From contig CBDBMJ010000001.1 of assembly GCA_965207455.1 (NCBI GenBank), positions 768,001 through 832,000 of the forward strand: a stretch of DNA of 64,000 nucleotides, in the 5' to 3' direction. A program made the position numbers and the translations under genes. This DNA comes from Bdellovibrionota bacterium. Its GTDB lineage: Bacteria; Bdellovibrionota; UBA1018; CAIPTA01; JAALKR01. This document shows positions 20,725 to 32,256 of this stretch, piece by piece. The notes beneath the pieces were generated by a model that saw only the letters and a list, made by a program, of their open reading frames with translations, did no database searches and was not told the DNA's origin. Within the stretch, counting starts at the first letter, position 1, and each line of letters begins with the position of its first letter.

Positions 20725-21413
20725 TTAATTAGTCTTTCAAAAAAAGTTTTCTCATGCATGGCACGATGAATTTCTTTAAAGGTAGGGGCTTTTTTCTGAC
20801 CTATGAGTGTCACAAGGGATTTGAAAATTTTATACTGAACATTCTTGTAGTATTCACTTTCAAAGCTAAATGCATTAAATACTCTCTCGCTAACCTCAAG
20901 GGAGCTTTCCCCCTTTAAGGGATTAAAGGAATAGGAATTTTCTATATTAGCCAATGAGAAAAGCTTAAAATCCTTCTTTCTCCTATACCTTACCGTGTAC
21001 GCATATAGCTTATTCAGAAAGGAAGCATCTGATTTTCCATCTATAATAAGAACGCCTGCTCCTTGCTTTATATCTTGAATAATCCACGGAAGCACAACAC
21101 TTTCAGTCTTGCCTGTACCTGTGGAGCCTAGAATTTGTGTGTGCGTAGTCCTAGCCTCTTGGGATAGATATACGGGTGTCTCTTTACTTTCACCCACCAA
21201 TATATCCCCCTTCTGCCGCTTTTCCTTTCGCCAAGGCATTTGCCATAGATGAAGAACAGCCCATAGAACAATGAGAAAAGCTCCCAAGAAGAGATAGAGC
21301 TTAATGGAATAGATAAAAGCAATTATTTTATGTTGGTTCTGATGTAGAATAGCAAAAAGCATAAAAATGACCACTAATGGGAAATAGTGATGCTCATTCT
21401 CTTGGGGCTTCAT
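20725..21413 (-). pseudogene. VirD4/TraD-like coupling protein truncated by IS1634
   Basis: N-terminal TM helices, HTQILGSTGTGKTES, IIDGK and SFNPL; the frame runs into the IS end. Confidence 0.85.
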
Positions 21414-22336
21414 TGAACACCGCCCGTATCTATGGCATAGAACTCTACGCCTTTGGCTACCGTAATGCTCGCATTTGCTACCTCTTTTTCTTGAGCTTTA
21501 GATTGAGCATAATCTAGAGCTGATCGACTTAAACCCTGGAGAAGCGCATTTCCTAGCCCCGCTGGGCTAAAAACAAGCCCTGTTTCTTTCGCAACTTCTC
21601 TTCTTTGTAGCCCTTCGGCTACTCCTCCGATGAAGTTAGATGCAGTTCGTGCGCTATACTTTCCCACCTCGCCGCTTGAATAATCCCCCATCAGCCCCAA
21701 AGTGCCGTCAAGCTGGTAGGCTTGCATAGCTATTCTTTGCTTTTTCCCCGTGGAGTCTAATATATGCGTAAAGGTTATTCTTAGCTTTTCGCTTGATTTA
21801 TCCAACCGTCCAGTACCAAAAAATACAGAATCCGCTTCAACTGAGGCGCAATTTAAAGCAGCGTTTAATTCCTCACAACCAATTACCTTTGCTTTTACGG
21901 GAATATTCTCATTTAAATATACTGATACATCGGCATATAAGCGTAAAATTACTTTAATCCCTAGAAAGTTAGCTTTATTTGTGCCTAGAATCTGACTTGA
22001 AAATTCCTTTTTCTTCGGTGTTTTATTGTTCTCCTGCACTGGCACATAAGGCACATTATCTTCATATTGAATATTTAGCCTAGAAGAAGGGGCAAAAGCC
22101 CCTCCCTCCACTGCACTAGGATTAATATTAGGGTTAGAATTAATATTAGGCTTAACATATGGAATAGTTCTTTTTTTCTCTATTGGTTTCTCTTCCTCAA
22201 ATACAGCACTTACCACAACAAACAGAACTAAAATAACGGAAGCAAATACAATCAGACGCTTAGGTTTTATTTTTCTTTTTTTCGTATGTCTATTTTCTTT
22301 CTCCAAGAAAATATCTTTAATCTTATTTATACGCAT
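21410..22336 (-). CDS. TrbI/VirB10-like T4SS protein
   Basis: Single TM, Pro-rich linker, DGTLGLMG and a Gly/Ala helical segment; position in the operon. Confidence 0.65.
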   Translation of the reverse strand: MRINKIKDIFLEKENRHTKKRKIKPKRLIVFASVILVLFVVVSAVFEEEKPIEKKRTIPYVKPNINSNPNINPSAVEGGAFAPSSRLNIQYEDNVPYVPVQENNKTPKKKEFSSQILGTNKANFLGIKVILRLYADVSVYLNENIPVKAKVIGCEELNAALNCASVEADSVFFGTGRLDKSSEKLRITFTHILDSTGKKQRIAMQAYQLDGTLGLMGDYSSGEVGKYSARTASNFIGGVAEGLQRREVAKETGLVFSPAGLGNALLQGLSRSALDYAQSKAQEKEVANASITVAKGVEFYAIDTGGVQ

Positions 22337-22348
22337 ATTTTATTCTCC

Positions 22349-23053
22349 TTAATTTATTGGGATTTTTATCCATATATTTTTTTTCATATCTTTGTGCTTT
22401 AATTTAATAAAAAGCGGTCTTTTAGATGCAATGTGCTTTTTATTAACAATAATATGACCTTTAATATTGAGATTTTCTCCATTCATTGCTTGCGCATCAC
22501 TATATAGAATTTTTAAAGGTATTTTATTCCTATTTTGGTAAATAGAAAATTTAAACCCATTTACAAGGTACTCCCTATCTTTCTGCACCAGCAAACTCAA
22601 CATAAAATCAATGCTAACAACGCTATCCATTTCCTTTAGCGTGACTTTCTTTATAGATAATTTAAATGGATAAGATTTTTTATTAAGCCTTCCTAATAGC
22701 GTATTATTTACAATTCTCTTTCTTTTTACATAAACAAGAGTATCTGCTCTATTTAGGCTTGAAATGAGCCTAAAATTAAACTGCCCTTCCTTTGTAAAAA
22801 TAAATAAGTTTGTTTTATCACGTCTTGATGGCTTAATGGCAACCACATTTCTGTGTGTTTCCACTAAAAAAGAGTTCTTCTTTCCAATGATTCCAGGTGA
22901 TGGGGCATGGTCAAAGCGAATAACTGTAGACTCATTTTTTTTCAAATAGATTTTAGCGATGTCTTTTTCTGATAGATAAATAGTTCTAACTAGCTTTGCA
23001 CTCCCAATAATGGGAGCAAAAGCCAGCATAATACATAAAAATATACATTTCAT
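22349..23053 (-). CDS. VirB9/TrbG-like T4SS protein
   Basis: Signal peptide, STVIRF..VAIKP..TNLFIFT; lies between the VirB8- and VirB10-like genes. Confidence 0.6.
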   Translation of the reverse strand: MKCIFLCIMLAFAPIIGSAKLVRTIYLSEKDIAKIYLKKNESTVIRFDHAPSPGIIGKKNSFLVETHRNVVAIKPSRRDKTNLFIFTKEGQFNFRLISSLNRADTLVYVKRKRIVNNTLLGRLNKKSYPFKLSIKKVTLKEMDSVVSIDFMLSLLVQKDREYLVNGFKFSIYQNRNKIPLKILYSDAQAMNGENLNIKGHIIVNKKHIASKRPLFIKLKHKDMKKNIWIKIPIN

Positions 23054-23091
23054 AAATACCTCTTTCTTTTAATTTTGATTTTTTTTTGTTT

Positions 23092-23697
23092 TTACTGTCG
23101 TATGGAGGAAACTAGAGATTCATTTTTGATATAGATGCCTTCTGGGTTACTGCTAGTTCTTTTTGAGAAGCTATATTCTAGCTTAAAGGTCATAGGTTGG
23201 GTTGCTCTAAAGCCATTAACAATGAGTATTCTATCACCTCGAATTAAGGCAATATTCTTACTTAAATCAATAGCAATAGAATCTGAAATATAGAATCGTT
23301 GCTTAATTTTTTTGTTTTCGGTTTCTTTTAATTGCCTCCCACTTGCTCGGAAAAACGATTTTCTCCAAGAGGGAAGCACAAGGGAACTAGCTTTTTTTAG
23401 AGATTTTTTAAAACTTTTACTCTCCCAATTGTGCCTAACTTGAATAAATCGTCTAATGGCACGGTTTATTTCTAAATTGAGCTGGATTTCAGTCTGGTTT
23501 TGGGTAATAGGTAGAATATTGGAATTAGCATCATTAATAGATATGATATATGGGTCTTTCAAAGATAGTGTAACAGTCGCAATTAATAGGGATAGGGTTA
23601 ACACTAGCATAAATACTAGCATTACTTTTAAAAATAGATTTTGTGCCTCGGTATCTGCCCATAGTTCAAAATATTTCTTTTTTGCATTTTTAAGCAT
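23092..23697 (-). CDS. VirB8/TrbF-like T4SS protein
   Basis: N-terminal TM and C-terminal RTSSNPEGIYI motif. Confidence 0.7.
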   Translation of the reverse strand: MLKNAKKKYFELWADTEAQNLFLKVMLVFMLVLTLSLLIATVTLSLKDPYIISINDANSNILPITQNQTEIQLNLEINRAIRRFIQVRHNWESKSFKKSLKKASSLVLPSWRKSFFRASGRQLKETENKKIKQRFYISDSIAIDLSKNIALIRGDRILIVNGFRATQPMTFKLEYSFSKRTSSNPEGIYIKNESLVSSIRQ

Positions 23698-23987
23698 ATT
23701 TGCTCCTTTTTTTTTGAGATTAAAATTATTTAAGTATAATTCAATGCTTTTTCATGGATATATAGAAAAAGTAACAGAATGAAAAATAAACGAGAGTTTA
23801 ATTTATATATAATTTGTTTTATTGGAAAAATGAGTATAAAATTAAATGATTGAGTGCTTTATCTACAAATAGATTGCTTTCTTACGTCAGTAAATCCACT
23901 GGAATTGGGAATGTTTCCTTTTTTGCATTTACTGTAAATTCTTTTTTAATCTATGGGAATTGTTAAAAAATCAGTAAAATTTATTTT

Positions 23988-25256
23988 TTAGTATTTTCTG
24001 CATTTTTTTAATTCTGCTTCAAAATTACTAATAGTTTCTTTTATTCGCTTCTCCCAAAATTTCATATATTTTGCTCTTTTAGTATCACTATAACCATACA
24101 TTTTTTGATAAAGAGTAAAAGTATAGTGACTAAACTCAGATATATTCAAAAAAGCCATCTGGCACAAGCCATTATATTCTTTAAAATTTCTTCCAAATTT
24201 CTTATCAAAAGCATCATTTAATTTTTCTCTTTCTCTGACCCATTCTACGCCCTTTACTGCCCAATCTATCCCTTTAGCGTCTAAGCTAGATTTTCCACAG
24301 CATATTTTTTTTAACTTATTATAATGATTTTTAAAAATCTTTAGCTCTTTTCTTAATAAGGTTGAATCATTTTTTTTATTAAATGAAGTAGTTATAGTAT
24401 GATTTAATATAAATTTAACCACCTTACCATCTCCTGCTGCTTGTTTGGTAATTAATTTTCCTGTCATATTTTCGCCATTACTTCCTAAAATTTCTTGAAC
24501 TGATTTATCCATAAGTTCAGCCAATATAGTTCCAACCTCTATTATATATTTTCCATTTGGTAATAATCTGTCTTCTTGATAGAAAGATGCGTGGTATGCT
24601 ACCACTTCAAATTCTCCAACTTGAATAGTTGTGTGATTTGAGAAATAAGTAAAACCATTTTTTGAGACATTGCTATATATATCAGTATAATCAGGTAAGT
24701 TTGTTTTTCCTTTTATGTATAGTTTTCCATTTTTAAATTCTGATTTTAAAGTCATTTTTACATTTAATTTTTTAGCGATTTTTACATTTAATTTTTTAGC
24801 GATTTTATTTTTTCTCTTGAATTTTGAACATTCCGGAAAAAGGTCAAGAACAGTATCATAAATATCAATAGAAAGATTAGGCTGAAAATTGATCGTAGCC
24901 CATGCGCCTTTATCAATTTCCATGCATGAAAGATAATATGATATAAAAGTACGTTTGACTTCTGGTGAATCCGATTTTAATTCATAAGCAATGGCAGTTA
25001 ATTCTTCTTTAGAATATTTAGAATCAATGATTATATCATAAGAACATTCGTAAGGAGCGCGGCAGTTTATTTTTTTAATATCATAAGGTGAAGTTTTATT
25101 TTTAGACTCCACTTCAATCACAAAAAATATATTAATGATAGAAATTAATATTAAAAATATTTTTTTCATTTCATACCTACCTCTTAAATAAATTATAAGA
25201 TAACTGTAATAATTGTGATAGATTATTGTCCATAAGTTTTTATAACCCTCCCCCAA
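23988..25256 (-). CDS. exported hypothetical protein (start probably at MKKIFL)
   Basis: Signal-like MKKIFLILISII; internal 24-nt tandem duplication (KIAKKLNV x2). Confidence 0.7.
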   Translation of the reverse strand: MGEGYKNLWTIIYHNYYSYLIIYLRGRYEMKKIFLILISIINIFFVIEVESKNKTSPYDIKKINCRAPYECSYDIIIDSKYSKEELTAIAYELKSDSPEVKRTFISYYLSCMEIDKGAWATINFQPNLSIDIYDTVLDLFPECSKFKRKNKIAKKLNVKIAKKLNVKMTLKSEFKNGKLYIKGKTNLPDYTDIYSNVSKNGFTYFSNHTTIQVGEFEVVAYHASFYQEDRLLPNGKYIIEVGTILAELMDKSVQEILGSNGENMTGKLITKQAAGDGKVVKFILNHTITTSFNKKNDSTLLRKELKIFKNHYNKLKKICCGKSSLDAKGIDWAVKGVEWVREREKLNDAFDKKFGRNFKEYNGLCQMAFLNISEFSHYTFTLYQKMYGYSDTKRAKYMKFWEKRIKETISNFEAELKKCRKY

Positions 25257-25486
25257 TTATTGGGGCAAAATTTGCTAAATGTTTTTACTGATAATTCAAC
25301 CTCTTGATAGCCATTTTCAGCAGATTTCTCATACCAATATAAAGCTTTCATACAACCTATCTTTAATCCTCTTCCAAGGGCGTATGAATTAGCTAAATTA
25401 TTTTGAGCCATCATGTTTCCAAGTTTGGCTCCTGTTTTATATAGAGAGTTCGCCATTTCATCGCTTTGTGGAACTCCTGTCCCCAT
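25223..25486 (-). pseudogene. Sel1-like repeat fragment
   Basis: GTGVPQ..AQNNLANSYALGRG..ALYWYEKSAENG; lacks an N-terminus. Confidence 0.6.
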
Positions 25487-25544
25487 TCTATTACTTTAAA
25501 CTGCTTAATTCTCTTGAGTCGATTCATTTTCTTTATGTTTTCTA

Positions 25545-26189
25545 TTATTTAATTTTATGTAGTTTCTTGTATGCTGTGTAATATCCATTAGTATTATTTA
25601 ATGAGAATGAATAATTGGTAAGACTGGATAGTAATTTAATTCTGAAATCAATTTTTCCATCTTTTTTTAGAATAGAGTGTAGTTTTTTAGAGGAACTCTC
25701 GTCAAGACTAATCCTGTCAGAGCCTTTATGCATATCTCCTGTTAATTTATGTTTTTTGCCATTTTTATCTCGAATTAGAATTGTATAATAATTAGATATG
25801 AACGCTTGCACAGGTTTTTTGCCATCATAATGAAATAGTTGAATATCAGCATCAGAATAACTGGAAAGAAGGAAAAGCACTCTAAGTTTAGCCCCTTCGG
25901 CGATGGAATTACTGAATTTTCCATAAATATTATTTTTATTTTTAATATAGCCTGATTTAGTTGGTTCTCCAAATTCATCAACATAATATGAAACTTTCCA
26001 CATCGAATTGTCGCTTGCGTTCTTTCTTTCAATTGGACTTGATACAGATTCTGTACTCTGCTTGTCTATAAAGTAGATAAAGGAAACAAAAATAAAAAAA
26101 ACAATAACTAATTTTTTTAAAAATTTCATAAGTGACTTCATAAAAACTCCTTCTTTATTTATGATAATATCAACAGAAATAAATTCCAT
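25545..26189 (-). CDS. membrane-anchored hypothetical protein
   Basis: N-terminal TM followed by a WKVSYYVDEFGEPT domain. Confidence 0.7.
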   Translation of the reverse strand: MEFISVDIIINKEGVFMKSLMKFLKKLVIVFFIFVSFIYFIDKQSTESVSSPIERKNASDNSMWKVSYYVDEFGEPTKSGYIKNKNNIYGKFSNSIAEGAKLRVLFLLSSYSDADIQLFHYDGKKPVQAFISNYYTILIRDKNGKKHKLTGDMHKGSDRISLDESSSKKLHSILKKDGKIDFRIKLLSSLTNYSFSLNNTNGYYTAYKKLHKIK

Positions 26190-26206
26190 GATAACTCTTT
26201 AGTTAC

Positions 26207-26233
26207 ATATCGACAGAAACATTGTATTCTTTA
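26207..26233 (-). promoter_or_regulatory. sigma28 (FliA)-type promoter
   Basis: Minus strand TAAA-N15-GTCGATAT. Confidence 0.6.
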
Positions 26234-26392
26234 GTTAAAATTTAAATAGAGAAAATATTTTTAATCATAGATTTTCATTTTAAATACAATGAGTTAGTTC
26301 AATTACCCCTTAACAGGTTTAAAGCCTTATTCATTTCAGAAGCTAGGGGCTATGCAGTAGAGCTAAACTTCGGAGCGACTCTGCAAGTTATT

Positions 26393-27193
26393 TTATTTTT
26401 TGAATTTTTCAATATATTCCATCTCTTCTATCTCTTGTTTGCAGAATTCTTCAGCTTTCTCCATTGCTTTCCTAAAAGATTCACTTATTCTAATTCTAGA
26501 AATATTTTTTGGGGTACGCCTCATTTCTATATATTTTATTTCGCCTAACGGAGGACATTCGTCCATTAGAATAAACAGGTGTTTCTTATCTGTTCCCGTA
26601 ATCATTCCAGCCATGTGACATTGGAAATCTTCAATTGGAATTTTTCCATTTATCTCTAGCTGAGGTTTGATGTCATCATTAAAAATAATATCTTCTCCTC
26701 TCATTACTTTATTTATTGCACAAGAAAGGTCATCGCCAAGTTTCAAAATTTTGATATATACAGCATCTCCAGTAATTTCTCCAGAGTCATGAGCCTTCCA
26801 AAAGTGTTCATAAGAGTCTTTGGGTTCTTTATTAGGGTTAAAGTTGAGATATTTTAATAAAAGTATTCTATTCTGAATGTCAAAAAATTCCCTATGAGAA
26901 AGTTCTTCTTTATATGTTAATTCCTTTGCAAGAGCCAGTGAGCTATCAAAATCCTTTTTTCTAAGATCATAATTTTCTTCTAGTATTTTCAAAATTGTAT
27001 TTCGACTGGCAGTGGAAAACCGCCATTTGAAAGCATAGGAAATTCTACTCCAACCCCAAAAAGCTGAAAGTATATTACCAGAGTGGTATCTTATAATATC
27101 CTTATCTATCGCATTAACACCCATAGCTAACTTCCTTGTATTTCTTTTTATTTTTGTTATCATCATTATAAATTTTTTCTTTAGAAAACTCAC
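26393..27193 (-). CDS. hypothetical protein
   Basis: 266-aa ORF; no recognised motif. Confidence 0.65.
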   Translation of the reverse strand: MSFLKKKFIMMITKIKRNTRKLAMGVNAIDKDIIRYHSGNILSAFWGWSRISYAFKWRFSTASRNTILKILEENYDLRKKDFDSSLALAKELTYKEELSHREFFDIQNRILLLKYLNFNPNKEPKDSYEHFWKAHDSGEITGDAVYIKILKLGDDLSCAINKVMRGEDIIFNDDIKPQLEINGKIPIEDFQCHMAGMITGTDKKHLFILMDECPPLGEIKYIEMRRTPKNISRIRISESFRKAMEKAEEFCKQEIEEMEYIEKFKK

Positions 27194-27337
27194 TTTATGC
27201 TATTCAATTTTCTTAAATATTTTTTAGCATTTGCATCAGCTAACTCTCTCACTATACTGAATGATTGCCTACTTGACTTTCTATGCAAAATAGTCTAGAA
27301 CATAAGTAACTCCCCGTCCGACTTCGGTTTGGTGACT

Positions 27338-27373
27338 GCGGACCACTACTTTATGCAGTGGTTCTGCTTTTTT
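27338..27373 (+). terminator. intrinsic terminator, possibly of a small RNA
   Basis: gcggaccact/agtggttctgc stem followed by T6. Confidence 0.5.
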
Positions 27374-27631
27374 CAGGTATAAAAATTATCCAAAAAATAG
27401 CTAATCAATGTGACAAGTTATATTTAAAGCTATTTTACAGACTTTAATCTATCTAAAAATTCCTTAAATTTATCTTCAGCAGCATGTGTACTAATTGGAC
27501 CGCAACTAGATAGCGGAACTGTATTTTTACAGCTACTGATCTTTGTATAGCAAATCACAGTTCTTTTATTGTTTTGAGTACAAGAAACTACTGCTTGATT
27601 TATTCCAATAATAACACCAAGTGTTCGTTCA

Positions 27632-29209
27632 GAGCCTGTAAGTTATTTTGTGTAACTGCGTTTCTAGTACCTGATTATTTCCTAAAAAACAATCAAAATT
27701 ACTTTATCCAATTCCGAGCAGTGTTAGCTGCTCGGAAACATATACCTACCAGACACGCCTTTTCGCGTCAACAGTAATATTAAAAAAACATAAAAGAGCA
27801 AATCCTTCTTTCAGGGAACCTGAATATAATGAACCACTTTTGCTTGCTTCCAGGAGATTAAATGGCTCGGCCTCTGGGAGCAAGCCCTACGGCTTGCTTG
27901 CGACCCGAGAGGCTATCCAGCCTTATTTTTTGAGCTTAATTTTCATCAAATCTATCGCCATAATTTATGGCAAATAGATTCATTGCTCGACTCCAATTAT
28001 GTAACGGATTGGTCCACTTACGAGATGCTTTTATCGTCGATAAGTATACAATTTTTAGTGCAGAGTCATCACTTGGAAAAATCTTTCTGTTCCTAATACT
28101 TTTTCGTATCACACTATTTAAGGATTCAATGGCATTTGTTGTATAGATTACTTTTCTAATTTCATAAGGAAAGTCAAAAATAGCAATTATATTTTCCCAG
28201 TTCTTTCGCCAAGAACGCTCTACATGAGGGTATTGGGATGACCATTTTCCCCAAACTCATTTAATGCCTTTTCTCCAGCGTCTAATGACGGAGCATTGTA
28301 GATTGTTTTTAGTGAAGCTGCCACAGCTTTCATATCCTTTGCAGATACATAGCGCAGTGAATTTCTTACCATATGGACTATACACAACTGTACCTTAGTC
28401 TTCGGATAAGCTGCCCCAATCGCATCGGGAAAACCACTTAAGCCATCCACACATGCTATAAAAATGTCCTCTAATCCTCGATTGCGAAGATCTGTTAAAC
28501 ACCTAACCAGAACTTGCTTCCTTCCTTCTCTGAAATCCATAGCCCCAATAGTTCTTTGTGTCCTGCCTTTGTAAGCCCCAATGCAAGGTAAATTGATTTA
28601 TTGATTATTCGACCACTATCTCTGACTTTTACTACTATGCAATCTAAAAATACTACTGGGTATACTTTATCTAAAGGACGATTTTGCCAAGTTTTCACTT
28701 CATCTATAACTGCATCAGTCACATTTGAAATTACTGTGTGAGATATTTCTGCTCCATGATAGAGTTCTTTGATTGACTCCTTGGATATCTCTCGTTGTCA
28801 TACCCTGTGCATACAAGGTCAGTATTGTATTCTCAAAGCCCTCTAGGCGAGTTTTGCCTTTGGGTAAATTTTAGGTTCAAATGTAGCCTCTCTGTCCCTA
28901 GGTGTGTCTATCTCCAGCTCACCCCTATCGCATTTTATTGTTTTGGAGCTATATCCATTACGGGTATTGCTCCTACGAGTTTTGGCCTTATCATTTTTCT
29001 CATAGCCAAGATGATTCTCTATTTCCGCATTTAGTGCAGACTCCAGAATCCTCTTTGTTAGCTGACCCATTATTTCCGTTAGGTCACCCTGTGTTTTTAC
29101 TTTCTTGGCAAGTGACTTGCCTATTGCATCAATGTCCATAACTACTTTCCTTTCTGGTGATTTCACTATATTATAGGTTAAGCAGTTACACAATTTACTT
29201 TACAGGTCC
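27632..29209 (-). mobile_element. IS256-family element, related to but distinct from 5986..7591
   Basis: Nearly the same terminal IRs; diverged interior; flanks ttcgttca/catcaata do not match. Confidence 0.9.
27936..29193 (-). pseudogene. IS256 transposase, frameshifted
   Basis: RNGY, PRDR, VFLDCI and VDGLSGF motifs in different frames. Confidence 0.9.
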
Positions 29210-29286
29210 CATCAATAGCTTGTCATTGGATATTATAACTGGTTGAATATAGGGATTAAATTATTGCATTTATTAAGGAGTTAAAG

Positions 29287-29466
29287 GTGTCTGAGCCTGA
29301 ACGATGGTACTCCGTCGAAGAAATTGCTGCTCACTTGGGTGTTTCCAAGGAAACCATCTACAGGTGGGTGGAAAAAGAAAAAATTCCTGCTCATAAGGTT
29401 GGCCGACAATGGAAATTTAGGGTTAGCGAAGTTGATGAGTGGGTTACTACAGGTGAAGCACAGTAA
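29287..29466 (+). CDS. 59-aa HTH_17 regulator (Mads1-like), absent from the ORF track
   Basis: AAGGAG RBS, GTG start; MSEPERWYSVEEIAAHLGVSKETIYRWVEKEKIPAHKVGRQWKFRVSEVDEWVTTGEAQ. Confidence 0.9.
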   Translation: MSEPERWYSVEEIAAHLGVSKETIYRWVEKEKIPAHKVGRQWKFRVSEVDEWVTTGEAQ

Positions 29467-29505
29467 AAATAAATTTAAAACAATTTTAGTAAAGGGATAG
29501 ACAAG

Positions 29506-31068
29506 ATGACAAGCAGTGAACAACGAGCAGAAATACAACATAGAATTTGGCAAATTGCTAATGATGTTAGGGGATCAGTCGATGGTTGGGACTTTAAGCA
29601 ATACGTACTGGGAACTCTCTTTTATCGCTTTATAAGTGAAAACTTTTCTAAATATATGGAAGGTGGAGATGAAGGTATAAACTATTCAAAGTTTCCTGAT
29701 GATGAAATTGACGATGAAGTCAAAGCAGATGCTATTAAAACAAAGGGATATTTTATTTATCCTAGTCAGTTGTTTTCCAACATTGTTAAAGACGCTAAGA
29801 ATAATGAAGATTTAAATACAGATTTAGCTGATATTTTTAAATCAATTGAAGCCTCTGCCAACGGCTACCCATCAGAGCCTGATATAAAAGGATTATTTGC
29901 TGACTTTGATACAACTAGCAGACGTTTAGGTAATACTGTTAAAGATAAGAACACTCGTTTAGTGGCAGTCTTAAAAGGAGTTGCTGAATTAAATTTTGGT
30001 GAGTTTGAAGATAATCAAATTGACTTATTTGGTGATGCATACGAGTTTTTAATTTCAAACTATGCTGCGAATGCCGGTAAATCAGGAGGAGAATTCTTCA
30101 CACCACAAAATGTATCAAAGCTAATTGCTCAATTGGCCATGCATAAGCAAAAAAGAGTGAATAAAATATATGACCCTGCCTGTGGTTCAGGTTCACTCTT
30201 GTTACAAGCCAAAAAACATTTTGATAATCATATTATTGAAGAAGGTTTCTTTGGCCAAGAGATAAATCATACAACGTTTAACCTTGCTCGTATGAATATG
30301 TTTTTACATAACATTAACTACGACAAGTTTAATATCGCACTTGCAAACACTTTAACCGATCCGCACTATGCTGATGACAAGCCATTTGATGCGATTGTTT
30401 CTAATCCACCATATTCAGTAAAATGGATTGGATCAGATGATCCAACGTTAATAAATGATGAACGTTACGCTCCGGCAGGTGTATTAGCTCCTAAGTCTAA
30501 AGCCGATTTTGCCTTTGTCCTTCACTCTTTAAGTTATCTTTCTAGTAAAGGGCGTGCAGCCATCGTTTGTTTTCCCGGAATCTTTTACCGTGGAGGAGCT
30601 GAGAAGAAAATTCGCCAGTATTTAGTGGATAATAACTATGTCGAAACCGTTATCTCCTTAGCCTCTAATTTATTTTTTGGTACTACTATCGCTGTAAATA
30701 TTCTTGTATTATCGAAAAGTAAAGTTGATACCTCTGTTCAGTTTATTGATGTAAGTGGTGAAGATTTTTTTAAAAAGGCGGTTAATAATAACGTACTTAC
30801 CGATGATCATATCAATCAGATTATGAGCATATTTGATAGTAAAAATGATGTCGAGTATGTTGCTAAATCGGTAAGTTTTGAGGATGTCGCCGCAAATGAA
30901 TACAACCTGTCTGTAAGCTCTTATGTCGAAGGTGAAGACACTCGTGAAATAATTGATATTAATAAGCTCAATGACGAGTTGAAAACGTCTGTCAAAACAA
31001 TAAATAATCTTCGCATAGATATTGAAAATGTTGTCGCAGAGATTGAATGCGCGGAGATTGAGTCATGA
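29506..31068 (+). CDS. hsdM: type I R-M methyltransferase subunit
   Basis: GEFFTP, DPACGSG and NPPY motifs; EcoR124/EcoprrI-like. Confidence 0.97.
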   Translation: MTSSEQRAEIQHRIWQIANDVRGSVDGWDFKQYVLGTLFYRFISENFSKYMEGGDEGINYSKFPDDEIDDEVKADAIKTKGYFIYPSQLFSNIVKDAKNNEDLNTDLADIFKSIEASANGYPSEPDIKGLFADFDTTSRRLGNTVKDKNTRLVAVLKGVAELNFGEFEDNQIDLFGDAYEFLISNYAANAGKSGGEFFTPQNVSKLIAQLAMHKQKRVNKIYDPACGSGSLLLQAKKHFDNHIIEEGFFGQEINHTTFNLARMNMFLHNINYDKFNIALANTLTDPHYADDKPFDAIVSNPPYSVKWIGSDDPTLINDERYAPAGVLAPKSKADFAFVLHSLSYLSSKGRAAIVCFPGIFYRGGAEKKIRQYLVDNNYVETVISLASNLFFGTTIAVNILVLSKSKVDTSVQFIDVSGEDFFKKAVNNNVLTDDHINQIMSIFDSKNDVEYVAKSVSFEDVAANEYNLSVSSYVEGEDTREIIDINKLNDELKTSVKTINNLRIDIENVVAEIECAEIES

Positions 31069-32255
31069 GTGGCATTGGCCGCATGGAAAAACTACTTGAA
31101 GGGGCTGCTGTTGAGTGGAAACCATTAGGAGAAGTTGGGGAGTTTGTGCGGGGGAATGGATTACAAAAAAAGGACTTCGCTGAAATGGGTTTCCCGGCTA
31201 TACACTATGGCCAAATACATACAAAGTTTGGTTTTTCAGCTGATAAGACACTTACGTTTGTTTCGGAAGAACTAGGTAGTAAATTAAGAAAAGCTAATAA
31301 GAATGATCTCTTGCTTGCAACAACTTCTGAAAGTGATGAAGATGTGGCGAAACCGCTCGCATGGCTTGGTGATGAAATTGGTATTTCTGGCGACATGATG
31401 CTATTTCGGCACGAACAAAATGTTAAGTATTTGGCCTATTACTTCCAAACGGAAGCGTTTAAAGTACAAAAAAGAAAGTATGTTAATGGAATAAAGGTTC
31501 GGAGAATTTCAAAGGAAAATTTAGCGAAAATTGTCGTTCCTATACCTGATGTCGTTATTCAAAATGAAATTGCTAAAACTTTAGATTCCTTCTCTGTTTA
31601 TAATGCTCGATTAAATGGAGAGTTTACTGCTGAGATTGTAAGGCGACAAAAACAATACGCCTACTATCGTGAACAGTTGTTAACGTTTCAAAATGAGCAA
31701 GTTGACTGGAAGCCATTAGTTGAGGTGGCAACAATAGGTACAGGTAGTCGGAATACAAATGAAGCTATAGTTGGTGGCAAATATCCTTTTTTTGTACGAT
31801 CACAAAGGGCAAGAGCAATTGATGAATTTGAGTTTGATGAAACAGCCATTATTACAGCTGGAGATGGAGTAGGAGTAGGTAAGGTTTTTCATTATATGTC
31901 TGGAAAGTATGCCCTTCATCAAAGGGCTTACCGCATCGTATTGACTGATTCAAATGTTAAGTCTCGATTTGTATTTCATTATATTAGAAATAACTTTGGA
32001 CAATACTTGAAAACTACTTCTGTTCATGCATCTGTTACATCGCTTCGAAAGCCAATGTTTGAAAAGTACCCTGTTCCTCTCCCTCCTCTTAAGGAGCAGG
32101 AGCGTATCATATGTATATTAGATAAATTTGAGGAATTAACTAATTCTGTTACTGAAGCTTTGAATAATGAAATTGAACTGCGACGAAAGCAATATAAGTA
32201 TCATCGCGACTTGTTGTTAAGCTTTCCAATGACAGAAGTTAAGGTAAGAGAATAA
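31065..32255 (+). CDS. hsdS: type I R-M specificity subunit
   Basis: Two TRDs with [14 protein letters not shown] and YYREQLLTF spacers. Confidence 0.95.
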   Translation: MSGIGRMEKLLEGAAVEWKPLGEVGEFVRGNGLQKKDFAEMGFPAIHYGQIHTKFGFSADKTLTFVSEELGSKLRKANKNDLLLATTSESDEDVAKPLAWLGDEIGISGDMMLFRHEQNVKYLAYYFQTEAFKVQKRKYVNGIKVRRISKENLAKIVVPIPDVVIQNEIAKTLDSFSVYNARLNGEFTAEIVRRQKQYAYYREQLLTFQNEQVDWKPLVEVATIGTGSRNTNEAIVGGKYPFFVRSQRARAIDEFEFDETAIITAGDGVGVGKVFHYMSGKYALHQRAYRIVLTDSNVKSRFVFHYIRNNFGQYLKTTSVHASVTSLRKPMFEKYPVPLPPLKEQERIICILDKFEELTNSVTEALNNEIELRRKQYKYHRDLLLSFPMTEVKVRE

Positions 32256-32256
32256 T

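Noticed and set aside
29281..29553. 90-aa minus-strand ORF
   Set aside because: Shadow of the real HTH gene at 29287..29466 (+).
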